Positions 9,850-20,591 are shown, numbered from the stretch's first letter. The stretch is DNA of 64,000 bases from Lachnospiraceae bacterium (GCA_017473115.1 JAFUNC010000001.1:183104-247103); one strand, 5' to 3'. The notes: generated by a model from the letters alone, not told the origin. Made by a program: numbers and translations.

Positions 9850-10365
9850 TTACGATTCGTCGCTCATTGCTTTTTCCAAAGCATATCTCTCTTCGTTGCC
9901 TAATTCAATTTCGCTTTCACCATTTTTAATCTTTTTGGTGTAGGAATAGCATCCGTCGCTGCTGTGTACTGAATTAAGGATAAAACCGTCGTTCTCTTCA
10001 TCCAGCATTACAAGACAAAAACTGAGTTTACCGCCCATTTCCTTAAAAGCATCATATTTTACGATGGCAGACTTTTGGAACGTAGTTTTATGCTTTTTGT
10101 ACAAATCCTTAATCTGCTTGGTATGTACGTCCGAATTTTTCTTCAAAATATCGTGCACTTCACACAATTCGGTTATTTGGCTTTCTAAGGATTTGGCATT
10201 TTTACCCTGCAAAAACTTCTCGTATTTTTTCTGAAGTTTTTTATTTTGGTTAATTTGGATAATAACCAACACTGCCAACGCAATGATACATACCAACATA
10301 AAAATCAATACGTATGCAATATCCAAATTTCCCAATCCCATATTTTCTAATAATTTGCTGTTCAT
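9850..10365 (-). CDS. DUF4446 family membrane-anchored protein
   Basis: One N-terminal TM; KYDAFKEMGGKLSF and YSYTKKI...LGNEE motifs; usual position downstream of parB in Clostridia. Confidence 0.75.
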   Translation of the reverse strand: MNSKLLENMGLGNLDIAYVLIFMLVCIIALAVLVIIQINQNKKLQKKYEKFLQGKNAKSLESQITELCEVHDILKKNSDVHTKQIKDLYKKHKTTFQKSAIVKYDAFKEMGGKLSFCLVMLDEENDGFILNSVHSSDGCYSYTKKIKNGESEIELGNEERYALEKAMSDES

Positions 10366-10504
10366 ATTTCACCTTTTATTCTGATGTTTTTAAATTATAT
10401 TATACTACAGTTATAATTTTTATATTTTTACAATGGAATATACTTATAAAATATACTTACAAAAATACACTACAATTATAACGTAAGTTACATTTATTGT
10501 AAGT

Positions 10505-11407
10505 CTACTTCATAATGATTTCCATTAAACGGTCCAATTCTTCATGAGAGAAAAATTCTACTTCAATTTTGCCGGCACCGTTTTCTTTGGCAACAATGCT
10601 TACCTTGGTACTTAATTTCTCTTTTAAAGTTTCCTCAATTTCCTGATAAATTGCAGTAAGTTGTTTTTATTTGCTCTTCTTCTGTACCTTTGTTTTACCT
10701 AAATTTTTTACCAATTTTTCAATATCGCGTACAGATAATTTTTCATCAAAGACTTTCTGTGCTAAAATATATTGTTGCTCAGGATCCTCGATAGCAAGTA
10801 AGGCTCTTGCATGTCCGGTGGAAATCATTTCATCGATTACCATCTGTTGCACATCATCGGACAACTTTAACAAACGCATAGAGTTAGTTACAGCAGTACG
10901 GCTCTTGGATACACGTTCCGCAACTTCATCCTGCTTTAAATTGAATTCTGTGAGAAGTCTCTTATATGCCTGAGCTTCTTCAATGGGATTCAAATCTTCT
11001 CGCTGAATATTCTCAATCAAAGCAATTTCTACAATTTCCTGTTCGGTTAAATTACGAATGATGACAGGAACTTCCTTTAATCCTGCAATGTTTGCTGCAC
11101 GCCAACGACGTTCGCCGGCAATGATTTCATAATAATCTTCTCTCTCCTGAACAAGGATGGGCTGAAGCACACCAAACTGCTTAATTGATTCAGCCAATTC
11201 CTGCAAAGCATCTTCATCAAAATTTTTACGGGGCTGCTCACGATTAGGCTCAACCTTAGAGATCTTTACATTTACAACACCATCTTTATCTGCTGCTTTT
11301 CCGGGCTTTTCCACTGTTTTCGCAACTCCGCCACTGGGAATTAAAGCATCCAATCCTTTCCCGATTCTTGCTTTCTTTGCATCTTTATTCTGTCCGCCTA
11401 AAGCCAT
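10505..11407 (-). pseudogene. parB: ParB/Spo0J partition protein interrupted by an in-frame TAA at 10667-10669 (nonsense mutation or sequencing error)
   Basis: IGKGLDALI, QPRKNF, IIAGERRWRAA, ENIQREDL and HTH motifs. The same frame continues 53 codons past the TAA (KQLTAIYQEIEETLKEKLSTKVSIVAKENGAGKIEVEFFSHEELDRLMEIIMK) to TAG at 10505-10507. Confidence 0.85.
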
Positions 11408-11476
11408 TTTACTTATCCTCCTCTTACGCAACCCTTCCCCGGGATATTTATTCTTTTATTGTTTCTTTCCTTATTA

Positions 11477-12241
11477 TTAGCGATTAGCCTGAATGATTTC
11501 CTTAGCCAACGCAAGATAACTTGTAGAACCTGCTGACTTCGGATCATAAATTGTAATAGGCTGACCAAAACTGGGAGCCTCTGCAAGTCTGATATTTCTG
11601 GGAATGACGGTATCAAAAATCTTTTCATCCAGATTCTGTTTTACATTTTCCACCACTTCTGCAGAAAGATTTGTTCTGGAATCATACATAGTAAATACCA
11701 CGCCTTCCATTTCTAAATCTTCATTTAATCTTGACTTTACAAGATTAATGGTATGTATCAACTGGCTCAAACCTTCCAAAGCATAGTACTCACATTGAAT
11801 GGGAACCAACACACTGTTGGCTGCAGACATTGCATTTACCGTAAGCATACTTAAAGAAGGAGGACAATCAATTAAAATAAAATCGTATTTATCCTTTACC
11901 CAATCCAATTCATTTTTTAAAATGTATTCTTTATTTTCTACATCAATGGTTTCAATTTCAATTGCTGCTAAGTTCACATTGGTAGGAAGCATGTCCAAAT
12001 TCGGAATAACATCCTGAATAATACATTCCTGAATGGAGCATTCTCCTAACATTAACTCATACACCGTATTATCTAATTCATTCTTCTCTACACCAAATCC
12101 ACTGGTTGCATTTCCCTGAGGGTCAGTATCAATAATTAATACTTTCTTACCTTGTTCTGCTAATGCTGCTGCTAAATTAATTGATGTTGTAGTCTTACCT
12201 ACTCCACCTTTCTGATTCGCTACTGCAATAATTTTTCCCAT
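11477..12241 (-). CDS. parA: ParA/Soj chromosome partitioning ATPase
   Basis: MGKIIAVANQKGGVGKTTT deviant Walker A; DTDPQGN, DCPPSL, PRNIRLAEAPSFG. Confidence 0.96.
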   Translation of the reverse strand: MGKIIAVANQKGGVGKTTTSINLAAALAEQGKKVLIIDTDPQGNATSGFGVEKNELDNTVYELMLGECSIQECIIQDVIPNLDMLPTNVNLAAIEIETIDVENKEYILKNELDWVKDKYDFILIDCPPSLSMLTVNAMSAANSVLVPIQCEYYALEGLSQLIHTINLVKSRLNEDLEMEGVVFTMYDSRTNLSAEVVENVKQNLDEKIFDTVIPRNIRLAEAPSFGQPITIYDPKSAGSTSYLALAKEIIQANR

Positions 12242-12488
12242 ATTACACTCCAATCTGTTTAGGATTATTTTCACTCTCTTTTTCAACTATGTGATTATAC
12301 CACTAATTTTAAAGTTTATCTATAAGAAAAAGTGTTTTTTTCTTGGATTTAACTTTATATTTTATCCATAAATAACTAGATATAGTGGTGGTGGATTTGT
12401 GGATAAAATGTGTGAAACTTTCTTTTTTTGAATGTTTCACATGTTTTTATAAAATGTTTCACAATATTATAACTAGATATTGATTCAA

Positions 12489-12504
12489 TGTTTCACGTGA
12501 AACA
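12489..12504. promoter_or_regulatory. parS site 1
   Basis: Perfect palindrome TGTTTCACGTGAAACA. Confidence 0.93.
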
Positions 12505-12539
12505 TTATATATTGTGTTTGCTATTTTATCCTCCACAAA

Positions 12540-12555
12540 TGTTTCACGTGAAACA
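12540..12555. promoter_or_regulatory. parS site 2
   Basis: Perfect palindrome TGTTTCACGTGAAACA. Confidence 0.93.
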
Positions 12556-12748
12556 TTTACACATAAAAACTGTGGATAAAATATAGGAAAACATACAAAA
12601 AACCACAAGATATAGACTAATTATAATAAAATTATTTTTAAAAATTAATATTCTATATAGCATAACCGGGAAACAAATTTATTAAAATATAAAACATACA
12701 TATCACATTTAAATTAAAAAGAGGTCTATTTCTAAACCTCTTTTATTA

Positions 12749-13390
12749 TTATAAATCAATATAATGATATTTTACAGCGTATATCACTGCCTGCGTTCTG
12801 TCATGGACATTGAATTTACGATATATATTTGATAAATGATTCTTTACGGTTTCTTCCCTAATATGTAAATAATAAGCAATCTCTTTATTCACCATACCGG
12901 TAGCAACACAAGTAATAATCTCTTTTTCACGAGTAGTGAGTTTCGTATCATCAACAAAGTATGTTTTATTATGATAATGAGAAAAGAAACGTTGCATACC
13001 GGAATCAATAAAGTACGAGCCTCCATAAATACTTTTCATTGCATACTCAAAAGTAAATAAAGAAATATCTGAAAGTAAAAAACCCTCTACTCCCACATCC
13101 AATGCTTTCGTGAAAAAATAGTAATCTAATAAATCAAAGACTAATAGAATCTTGATACGAAAGAATTTTTCTTTTATAATTTTTAATAAGAACAACTCTT
13201 CGTGACATATCTTAGTAAACTTACATAGTAAAATATCAATATCCTGATAACGAGAATCCAGAAAATACATACAGTTTCTGATATCTTTTACACAAAATAT
13301 AATATTATACTTTTCTTTATTCCTTCTTAAAAACGAAACGCCTTTCCATAATTCCTTGTCATTGTTAACAACCCCAACATGGATTTGCAC
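12749..13390 (-). CDS. NarL/LuxR-family response regulator with degenerate receiver domain
   Basis: Intact LuxR HTH (LTTREKEII...GMVNKEIA...TVKNHLSNIYRKFNVHDRTQA). Receiver has VVNN, LLCK and GFLLSD where DD, phospho-Asp and Lys are expected. Confidence 0.85.
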   Translation of the reverse strand: MQIHVGVVNNDKELWKGVSFLRRNKEKYNIIFCVKDIRNCMYFLDSRYQDIDILLCKFTKICHEELFLLKIIKEKFFRIKILLVFDLLDYYFFTKALDVGVEGFLLSDISLFTFEYAMKSIYGGSYFIDSGMQRFFSHYHNKTYFVDDTKLTTREKEIITCVATGMVNKEIAYYLHIREETVKNHLSNIYRKFNVHDRTQAVIYAVKYHYIDL

Positions 13391-14076
13391 TAATTATCTC
13401 CTTCCGGAACTCTGACCAACTGCACAAGACATTCCGAAATTTGAGCAACCTCCTGTTTCATTTCTTTTAACTCAAGTTTAGCACGCATAGAATCATTAAA
13501 AATATAAGTATCCATCATATCAATTCTATGAGAAAGATATTCTATCTTATCCAATACACCATCATTAATTTCTTTCTTCAGTGTATCCCTTTTTTGTTCG
13601 TACTCATTTATAACAAGATTCTTCTGTTCTTCAAATGATTTCTGTTCTTTATCAAAAGAATCTTTTACTGAAATAATATCTTTTAAAATTTCTTTATTTT
13701 TTGTCAAGACAGCAATGGTAGAATTCAACTTATTTATTTTTTCTTCGCAAATTCTTTTGTTGCTTTCCAAACGAACAATCTCGTCTTTTTTCTTTTGGGT
13801 ATCCGTGAAATCAATTACATTACCGGTGTCATAAACACTCTCCTGAACAGAGCCGGAATTTTTAGAAATAACACCTCTGGGCGAAAAGACAAAAGTATCA
13901 CTGTTTTGATGATTACTTAAGTAAGACAAATAATCCTGTGCATCTTTGATATCATTCTCCATCTGCACAAGATCCTTCTTCGTAATTTCTAATTCCTCAC
14001 AATAACTTAAATAAAGTTCTTTGATGGAATCATAAACAATACGAACTTCTTCCGTGTTAAAAATTTTTTCCTGCAT
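13390..14076 (-). CDS. Coiled-coil protein resembling a truncated DegS-type sensor kinase (degenerate HisKA_3 helix, no ATPase domain)
   Basis: Long coiled coil, then KKEINDG...NDSMRAKLEL. This resembles the ARELHD...DPIRAKLEL region of HisKA_3 kinases. Overlaps the regulator start by one base. Confidence 0.6.
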   Translation of the reverse strand: MQEKIFNTEEVRIVYDSIKELYLSYCEELEITKKDLVQMENDIKDAQDYLSYLSNHQNSDTFVFSPRGVISKNSGSVQESVYDTGNVIDFTDTQKKKDEIVRLESNKRICEEKINKLNSTIAVLTKNKEILKDIISVKDSFDKEQKSFEEQKNLVINEYEQKRDTLKKEINDGVLDKIEYLSHRIDMMDTYIFNDSMRAKLELKEMKQEVAQISECLVQLVRVPEGDN

Positions 14077-14284
14077 AAATCCCCCACAAGAAATTTCACA
14101 ACAAAAAAATGTTATAAAATCTCTGACAATAATAACGAAAGTTTTTAAAATAAGTTACAAACCATATAATGTAATATGCACAAGGCATAAGACAATTTAT
14201 TTAAAAATAAGTAAACCTATAAAAAATATTATTTTATAATATCATATCCATAAAATATAAATAAAGAACTATATATGTAATTAA

Positions 14285-15085
14285 TTATAAAGGCTCCTTA
14301 CCGGGCAAACCTGCTTTTCTGGGATACTTCTTTGATGTGGATTTTGTCTTCTCAATCACCAAAAGATTACGATATATATCAGACTCCGGTAACTGAAAAT
14401 CTATTTGGTCTTTTACGACACCGCCCAAGGTAACAATAGCCTTGTTGGCAGCCTGTAACTCTTCTGCTAATTTTTCGGATTTATAAGAAACAAAATGTCC
14501 GCCTACTTTTACAAAAGGAAGGCAATATTCCGAAAGAGTAGAAAGATTGGCAACTGCTCTGGAAACAGAAAAATCGAACTGCTCACGATACTTTGGATTT
14601 CTTGCCAAATCTTCCGCACGGGAATGCACCGTCTCTACATTTGTTAATCCAAGTTGAAGAATTACTTCAGTCAAAAATTTTATTCTTTTATTCAAAGAAT
14701 CCATCAAAGTAAACTTCGCTCCCGGAAAAAGAATCGCCAAAGGAATTCCCGGGAAACCTGCGCCGGTTCCCACATCAATCATGGTAAACTTCATCTGTGA
14801 TAAAAGAGAAGTATCAAACTGATTGTCTGTCTTTTTATTTACTTTTGTAATTTTATTATCAGTAGTACAATAATAATTCTTCACATAGTGAACAAAAGAC
14901 ATACTATCGAGAAAATGCTTCTTCATTACTTCATCAAATTCCGTAATAGCAGTCAAATTCATAAAAGAATTCCACTCTACCAACAACTCATAGAATTTTA
15001 GAAACTGCTCATCTTGTTGATTGGTAAGAGTAATTCCCCACTCATCCAAATCCTTATGAAATTGTGTCAGTTTGGATACATCCAT
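14285..15085 (-). CDS. rsmG: 16S rRNA m7G527 methyltransferase
   Basis: NLTAI, KHFLDS, DVGTGAGFPGIPL, SRAVA, KYPRKAG. Confidence 0.95.
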   Translation of the reverse strand: MDVSKLTQFHKDLDEWGITLTNQQDEQFLKFYELLVEWNSFMNLTAITEFDEVMKKHFLDSMSFVHYVKNYYCTTDNKITKVNKKTDNQFDTSLLSQMKFTMIDVGTGAGFPGIPLAILFPGAKFTLMDSLNKRIKFLTEVILQLGLTNVETVHSRAEDLARNPKYREQFDFSVSRAVANLSTLSEYCLPFVKVGGHFVSYKSEKLAEELQAANKAIVTLGGVVKDQIDFQLPESDIYRNLLVIEKTKSTSKKYPRKAGLPGKEPL

Positions 15086-15208
15086 AAAATGACCTCACTT
15101 CAAAATTCTATACTAAAAATCATATAACAAACATTCAAATGTATTTATAAAAAAGTTATACAAATATGAAATATTTATCTTTATAAAAATACATCATTAT
15201 GAAACATT

Positions 15209-17107
15209 TTAATTCTTCCGATTCATCTGCTCCAAATAAATCAACAACACCGAAACGTCCGCCGGTGAAACTCCACTGATTCTGGATGCCTGTCCGATAG
15301 AAATCGGTTTGAACATTTTTAACTTTTGGCGGGCTTCCAAACGAAGACTTGAAATATCGTCATAATCAATATCTGCAGGAATGCGGCGCTTCTCGGTTTT
15401 CTTAAACTGTTCCACCTGTCGAAGCTGACGTTCAATGTAACCTTCATATTTGATATTAATCAATACCTGCTCAATAACTTCTTCCGATAAAGGCTGCCTG
15501 TCTTTATCAATTTCGGCCAATACATCATAATCAAGTTCCGGTCTGCAGATTAATTCCGCCAAAGAAGCCGCAGTACGAAGTGCCGCAGAACCATGAGCCT
15601 CCAAGAAAGCCTGTACCTCTTTGTTACCTCCGATTTTAGTTTCCTTCAAACGGGCAACTTCCGCTGCAATCTGTTCTTCCTTTTCTAAAACATGATTATA
15701 TTGTTCATCGGATATCAATCCTACCTGGTGACCGAACTTACGAAGTCTTAAATCCGCATTGTCCTGACGAAGTAAAAGTCGATATTCCGCACGGGAAGTC
15801 ATCATTCGATAGGGTTCACGATTGTCCTTGGTTACCAAGTCATCAATCAATACTCCTATATAAGCTTCGCTTCGATCTAAAATCAAAGGTTCTTTACCTT
15901 TTAACATTTGACAAGCATTGATTCCGGCAATTAACCCTTGCGCTGCAGCTTCTTCATAACCGCTGCTTCCGTTGAACTGTCCTGCAGAGAATAAATTACC
16001 TACATTTTTAATTTCAAGTGAAGGTGTTAATTCACCTGATTCCAAACAATCATACTCAATGGCGTAGGCATTACGCACAATGCGGCAATTCTCCATACCG
16101 GGTACCGTTCTATACATTGCAATCTGTACATCCTCCGGAAGAGAAGATGACATACCGCCTACATACATTTCATTAGTATAAAGTCCCTCCGGCTCAATGA
16201 AAACCTGATGCCTTTCCTTATCCGCAAATTTTACAACCTTATCTTCAATGGACGGACAATATCTCGGTCCGGTTCCTTCAATGATTCCGGCATAAATCGG
16301 CGAACGATCCAAATTGCCACGTATGATTTCGTGAGTTTTTTCATTGGTATAAGTTAAGTAACAACTTACCTGTTCTCTTTGAATATCCGCAGGATTGGTT
16401 GAGAATGAAAAAGGAATAATTTTTTCATCGCCCACCTGTTCTTCCATCTTACTAAAATCCAAACTTCTTTTATCCATACGGGCAGGAGTACCTGTTTTAA
16501 AACGACGAAGTTTCACACCAAGCTTCTCCAGAGATTCCGTCAAATGATTCGCTGCCTGTAAACCATTGGGTCCGGTATATGTAATGGATTCACCACACAA
16601 ACAACGGGCCTTCAAATAAGTACCGGTACAAAGAATCACTGCCTTACATTCATAAATCGTACCCGTAAAAATTCTCACACCGCAAACTACAGGCTTACCA
16701 TCTGCACCTTCTTCCGTAAGTATTTCGCAAACTTCACCTTGCTTAATCGTTAAGTTTTCTTGATTTTCCAGAACCTGACGCATACTTCTGGTGTAGTCCG
16801 CCTTATCTGCCTGGGCACGAAGAGAGTGAACCGCCGGTCCTTTGGACACATTCAGCATCTTAGACTGGATAAACGTTTTATCAATATTTTTACCCATTTC
16901 GCCGCCCAAGGCATCCAGTTCACGAACCAAGTGACCCTTAGAAGTTCCGCCAATGTTAGGATTGCAGGGCATAAGTGCAATACTTTCTACACTCACCGTA
17001 AAAATAGTTGTATCAAATCCAAGTCGCGCGCACGCCAAAGCGGCCTCGCAACCTGCGTGACCTGCACCAACGACACATATGTCAGTTTTAATTCTTGCTT
17101 CCGGCAT
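15209..17107 (-). CDS. mnmG: tRNA uridine-5-carboxymethylaminomethyl modification enzyme
   Basis: [49 protein letters not shown]. Confidence 0.98.
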   Translation of the reverse strand: MPEARIKTDICVVGAGHAGCEAALACARLGFDTTIFTVSVESIALMPCNPNIGGTSKGHLVRELDALGGEMGKNIDKTFIQSKMLNVSKGPAVHSLRAQADKADYTRSMRQVLENQENLTIKQGEVCEILTEEGADGKPVVCGVRIFTGTIYECKAVILCTGTYLKARCLCGESITYTGPNGLQAANHLTESLEKLGVKLRRFKTGTPARMDKRSLDFSKMEEQVGDEKIIPFSFSTNPADIQREQVSCYLTYTNEKTHEIIRGNLDRSPIYAGIIEGTGPRYCPSIEDKVVKFADKERHQVFIEPEGLYTNEMYVGGMSSSLPEDVQIAMYRTVPGMENCRIVRNAYAIEYDCLESGELTPSLEIKNVGNLFSAGQFNGSSGYEEAAAQGLIAGINACQMLKGKEPLILDRSEAYIGVLIDDLVTKDNREPYRMMTSRAEYRLLLRQDNADLRLRKFGHQVGLISDEQYNHVLEKEEQIAAEVARLKETKIGGNKEVQAFLEAHGSAALRTAASLAELICRPELDYDVLAEIDKDRQPLSEEVIEQVLINIKYEGYIERQLRQVEQFKKTEKRRIPADIDYDDISSLRLEARQKLKMFKPISIGQASRISGVSPADVSVLLIYLEQMNRKN

Positions 17108-17147
17108 AATTTTATCCTTCTTACTAATATATAAATTTTTCTTTTTA

Positions 17148-17816
17148 TTAAAAATAACAATATAAATATATAAATAAAATAAAGTACTTATAAACTATTA
17201 TAAAAAATATAATTTTATAAAAGATATAAGTAAACGAATTTCTTATAAATTTAATAAAGATTTTAAACTTAGCATATGCTTTATCATATGAATTCAAAGC
17301 ATCATGAAATCTGGTTCTGATATCGCTCCAGCCACGCTGATCCAAATCATCATTCGATGTACATTCAAAATCCATAAGTTTTAACATAATATCGTGCATT
17401 CGTTCTTTCAAATTTGTTTTGGAACAAATAAGGTAACATCCTCCATCTTCTTGCGAATTTTTCCGACCTGCCATGTTTTCAATGATAAGAACTTTCTGTT
17501 TTTTATCCAGAGTATGGAATTCTTCCATAAAATCAAGTAATTTATTACAACTCTCTTCCAAATTTGTTTTAGTCGATTTGATAACATTTAAAAGATTACT
17601 ATGTCGGAGCCAAATTTCTTCCGGACAATCAAGAATATGTTCAAAAAAATCCTGAATAAGTTCCTGCCTCCACTGTTCCATCAGTTCCGGACTGATTCTC
17701 ATATTATCAAATTGTCTGTTTTTCACAGGATCATCATGCCACATATGATATCTATGTCCGTGAAATTTTTTAAAAAATTCTTCTGCTTCTTTCAGATTCA
17801 TTAACATATACTCCAT
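17148..17816 (-). CDS. Hypothetical protein
   Basis: 222-codon ORF with no recognised motif; the last ~35 residues look like AT-rich read-through. Confidence 0.55.
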   Translation of the reverse strand: MEYMLMNLKEAEEFFKKFHGHRYHMWHDDPVKNRQFDNMRISPELMEQWRQELIQDFFEHILDCPEEIWLRHSNLLNVIKSTKTNLEESCNKLLDFMEEFHTLDKKQKVLIIENMAGRKNSQEDGGCYLICSKTNLKERMHDIMLKLMDFECTSNDDLDQRGWSDIRTRFHDALNSYDKAYAKFKIFIKFIRNSFTYIFYKIIFFIIVYKYFILFIYLYCYF

Positions 17817-17867
17817 ATTAATAAAATTCTGTTTGTACTAAAATACAATGATATTAAGTATTTTAAT

Positions 17868-19043
17868 TTATTTTATATAATCAAGCAATTCCCCGCAACG
17901 TTCCATAGTCATATCTGCCAAAGTGTCATAGTAAGCCACAGGTGCACCGCTTCCGCCTTCCCATTCGTCAGCATTTGCCTGAGCTTGTGCTTCTTTTTGA
18001 GAAACCCACTCGCGCTGCTCGTTTAATAATTTATCGTACTCTTCGCCTTCAACTTCATACCGAACAATATCCCATAAATAATTCAAACAATAATCTGCGA
18101 TTTCATAACGACATTTCGCATTATCCACCATTTCCGCAGTAGAAGTAGTTTCCGCTGCAAGTTCGGTATAATAATCATAAGATTCTTTATAGTGATTATA
18201 ATTCATAGTAGCATCTTCCAAAGCAGAAAGTCTTTCAAAAGAGCAGATTCCGTAAGCATTTTCTTCATCCACAATGATTGGCATGGTTAAAACCACATCA
18301 CTATCATTATAATAAGAAATCCATATTATAATATCTTCAGATAACATAGTAAGAGGAGTTCCGGGCAAATATACCTTAAAAGTATCATTTCCACCCAGAC
18401 AATAAGCATCCGTATAAATATAACGGATACCGTCTTCAATCTCTTCTGTTCCGGGAACTTCTTTATAATGAATTTCCCTCATTGTCATTTCATAAGTATA
18501 TTCATCAATCTTTTTTAAATTTTCAAAATAACCGGAATAATTACTGCTGTAACATGTACCATAAGGATATGCATCGGCATTGCTTCCCATATCGGAATCA
18601 TAATATTTTCCCTTAAAATAACCGTCACGTTCAATGTTAAACTCTTCACTCCAGCCACCGGCTCCGCTGGAAAAATAATACGAATATTGAGAAAGAACTT
18701 CAAAAGTAAGATTATCAATTATTTCATAATTTACTTCTTCCGTTTCATTATTTTCTTCAGTTTCCCCATTATTCTCTGTTTCTTTTTCTTCCTCAAACTC
18801 CGAAAAATCTTCTAATTCTGTATTGCTGTCTGATTCTGCATTTTCCTCAGATATCTCATTTACTTCAGAATTTTCTTCTGTCTGATCTTTCTCAGGCTCT
18901 GCACTTTCTTCAATTTCAATATTTTCCTGTAAAATCAAATCCGTATCAATATTTTCTGATGTATTCTCAGAAATATGATTACATGCCATAAAAGTACATA
19001 CACTTAAAATTGTTAAAAATGTAAAGCACACTTTTCTTTTCAT
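17868..19043 (-). CDS. Acidic lipoprotein with C-terminal LprI/DUF1311-like domain
   Basis: Lipobox FMAC; Glu-rich linker; C-terminal LNYLW...LLNEQREWV...GGSG...MTMERC pattern typical of LprI. Confidence 0.65.
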   Translation of the reverse strand: MKRKVCFTFLTILSVCTFMACNHISENTSENIDTDLILQENIEIEESAEPEKDQTEENSEVNEISEENAESDSNTELEDFSEFEEEKETENNGETEENNETEEVNYEIIDNLTFEVLSQYSYYFSSGAGGWSEEFNIERDGYFKGKYYDSDMGSNADAYPYGTCYSSNYSGYFENLKKIDEYTYEMTMREIHYKEVPGTEEIEDGIRYIYTDAYCLGGNDTFKVYLPGTPLTMLSEDIIIWISYYNDSDVVLTMPIIVDEENAYGICSFERLSALEDATMNYNHYKESYDYYTELAAETTSTAEMVDNAKCRYEIADYCLNYLWDIVRYEVEGEEYDKLLNEQREWVSQKEAQAQANADEWEGGSGAPVAYYDTLADMTMERCGELLDYIK

Positions 19044-19054
19044 AAAAAATCCCT

Positions 19055-20431
19055 CTATTTACCCATACAGAATTTCGAGAAAATTTCATTCACCAAATCT
19101 TCACCAACTTCTTCACCGATGATTTCACCAAGACATGCATATGCATTCATCAAATCAATGGAATAAAAGTCTTCCGGCATATCATCTTCCAAACTTTGTT
19201 GAACCATCTTCATGCTATGAAGAGCAGAAGATAAAGCCTCTTTTTGCCGAAGTGACGATATTGTCACTTCATCATCAAAAGAAATCTGACCGCTGAAAAA
19301 TTTCTCTTTGATAAGAATTGTAAAAGCTTCCAGGCCTTCCTTTTCTTTGGCTGAAATTGTAAGAAAATCAGCAGTTTCTCCTGTTATTTTCTTAATATCT
19401 TCTTCACTTACAACCACATCCAAATCCGACTTATTTAATAAAATAATCGTTTTAGACATATCTAATAATGCAATAATTTCTCTGTCACTTTTATCTAAAC
19501 TGACAGAACTGTCAACTATATAAACCATCAAATCTGCTTTTTCTAAAGCTTCTTTGGCTTTGTTTACACCAATCTTTTCAACCACATCTTCCGTCTCACG
19601 GATTCCTGCTGTATCAATCAAATTCAATGTCATACCATTCAAATATACTGATTCTTCTAACGTATCTCTGGTAGTTCCGGCAATATCTGTAACAATTGCA
19701 CGGTCCTCTCCTAATAATAAATTTAAAAAAGAAGACTTACCTGCATTGGGCTTACCTACAATAACCGTATTAATACCTTCTTTGATTAATCTTCCGTTAT
19801 CTGCGGAATTTAACAATTTCTCAATGACCGCGATAATATTTAATGATTTCTCGAACAATCTCTCATGGAAACCGTCCAAACTGATATGCTCAGGATCATC
19901 AAGCGCAGATTCTATAAAAGCAATTTCATAAATGATATCTTCCCGCAAAGCCTTGATTTTACGATACAAATCACCTTTTAAGTGCGTCATGGAATTTTTA
20001 CGGGCTGCCTCATTTTTGGACTGAATCAAATCCATAATTGCTTCCGCCTTGGTTAAATCAATTCGCCCATTCAAAAAAGCCCGCTTTGTAAATTCACCGG
20101 GTTCGGACAATCTTGCACCGTTTTTAAGAACCGTCTGCAAAATACGGTTCATCACATAGACACCACCATGACAATCAATTTCCACCGTATCTTCCATGGT
20201 AAAAGAATTAGGCGCCTTCATAAGAAGCACCATAACTTCATCTATGATTTCTTTTTCATCATAAATATGGCCATAATGTACCGTATGACTTGACATTTCC
20301 AATATGGACTTACCGCTTTTTGCCTTAAAAATGCGATTTGCAACTTCAAAAGCCTCATCCCCGGAAATTCGAATAATTCCGATTCCGGAAGGAGAAAGTG
20401 CAGTTGCAATTGCAGCAATTGTATCTGTCAT
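19055..20431 (-). CDS. mnmE: tRNA modification GTPase
   Basis: DTIAAIAT, GEFTKRAFLNG, GKPNAGKSS, GTTRD, DTAG, NKSD, C-terminal FCMGK. Confidence 0.98.
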   Translation of the reverse strand: MTDTIAAIATALSPSGIGIIRISGDEAFEVANRIFKAKSGKSILEMSSHTVHYGHIYDEKEIIDEVMVLLMKAPNSFTMEDTVEIDCHGGVYVMNRILQTVLKNGARLSEPGEFTKRAFLNGRIDLTKAEAIMDLIQSKNEAARKNSMTHLKGDLYRKIKALREDIIYEIAFIESALDDPEHISLDGFHERLFEKSLNIIAVIEKLLNSADNGRLIKEGINTVIVGKPNAGKSSFLNLLLGEDRAIVTDIAGTTRDTLEESVYLNGMTLNLIDTAGIRETEDVVEKIGVNKAKEALEKADLMVYIVDSSVSLDKSDREIIALLDMSKTIILLNKSDLDVVVSEEDIKKITGETADFLTISAKEKEGLEAFTILIKEKFFSGQISFDDEVTISSLRQKEALSSALHSMKMVQQSLEDDMPEDFYSIDLMNAYACLGEIIGEEVGEDLVNEIFSKFCMGK

Positions 20432-20544
20432 TCTGACCGGTTCCTTTCATATATCATCGTGTCGATTATATCCTATTCTATAGTAAAATGTCCAGTAAAC
20501 ACAGGGATTTTTATCTTTTTAAAACCATAAAATATTGAAACAAT

Positions 20545-20584
20545 AAAAAATCCACTTTCATACATCTGTATAAAAGTGGATTTT
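20545..20584. terminator. Intrinsic terminator after jag
   Basis: AAAAATCCACTTT...AAAGTGGATTTT hairpin. Confidence 0.7.
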
Positions 20585-20591
20585 GTTTTTA

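Larger units (their letters stand above)
12362..12579. promoter_or_regulatory. DnaA boxes upstream of parA
   Basis: TGTGGATAA at 12398-12406 and 12571-12579; one-mismatch TTATCCATA at 12362-12370. Confidence 0.7.
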
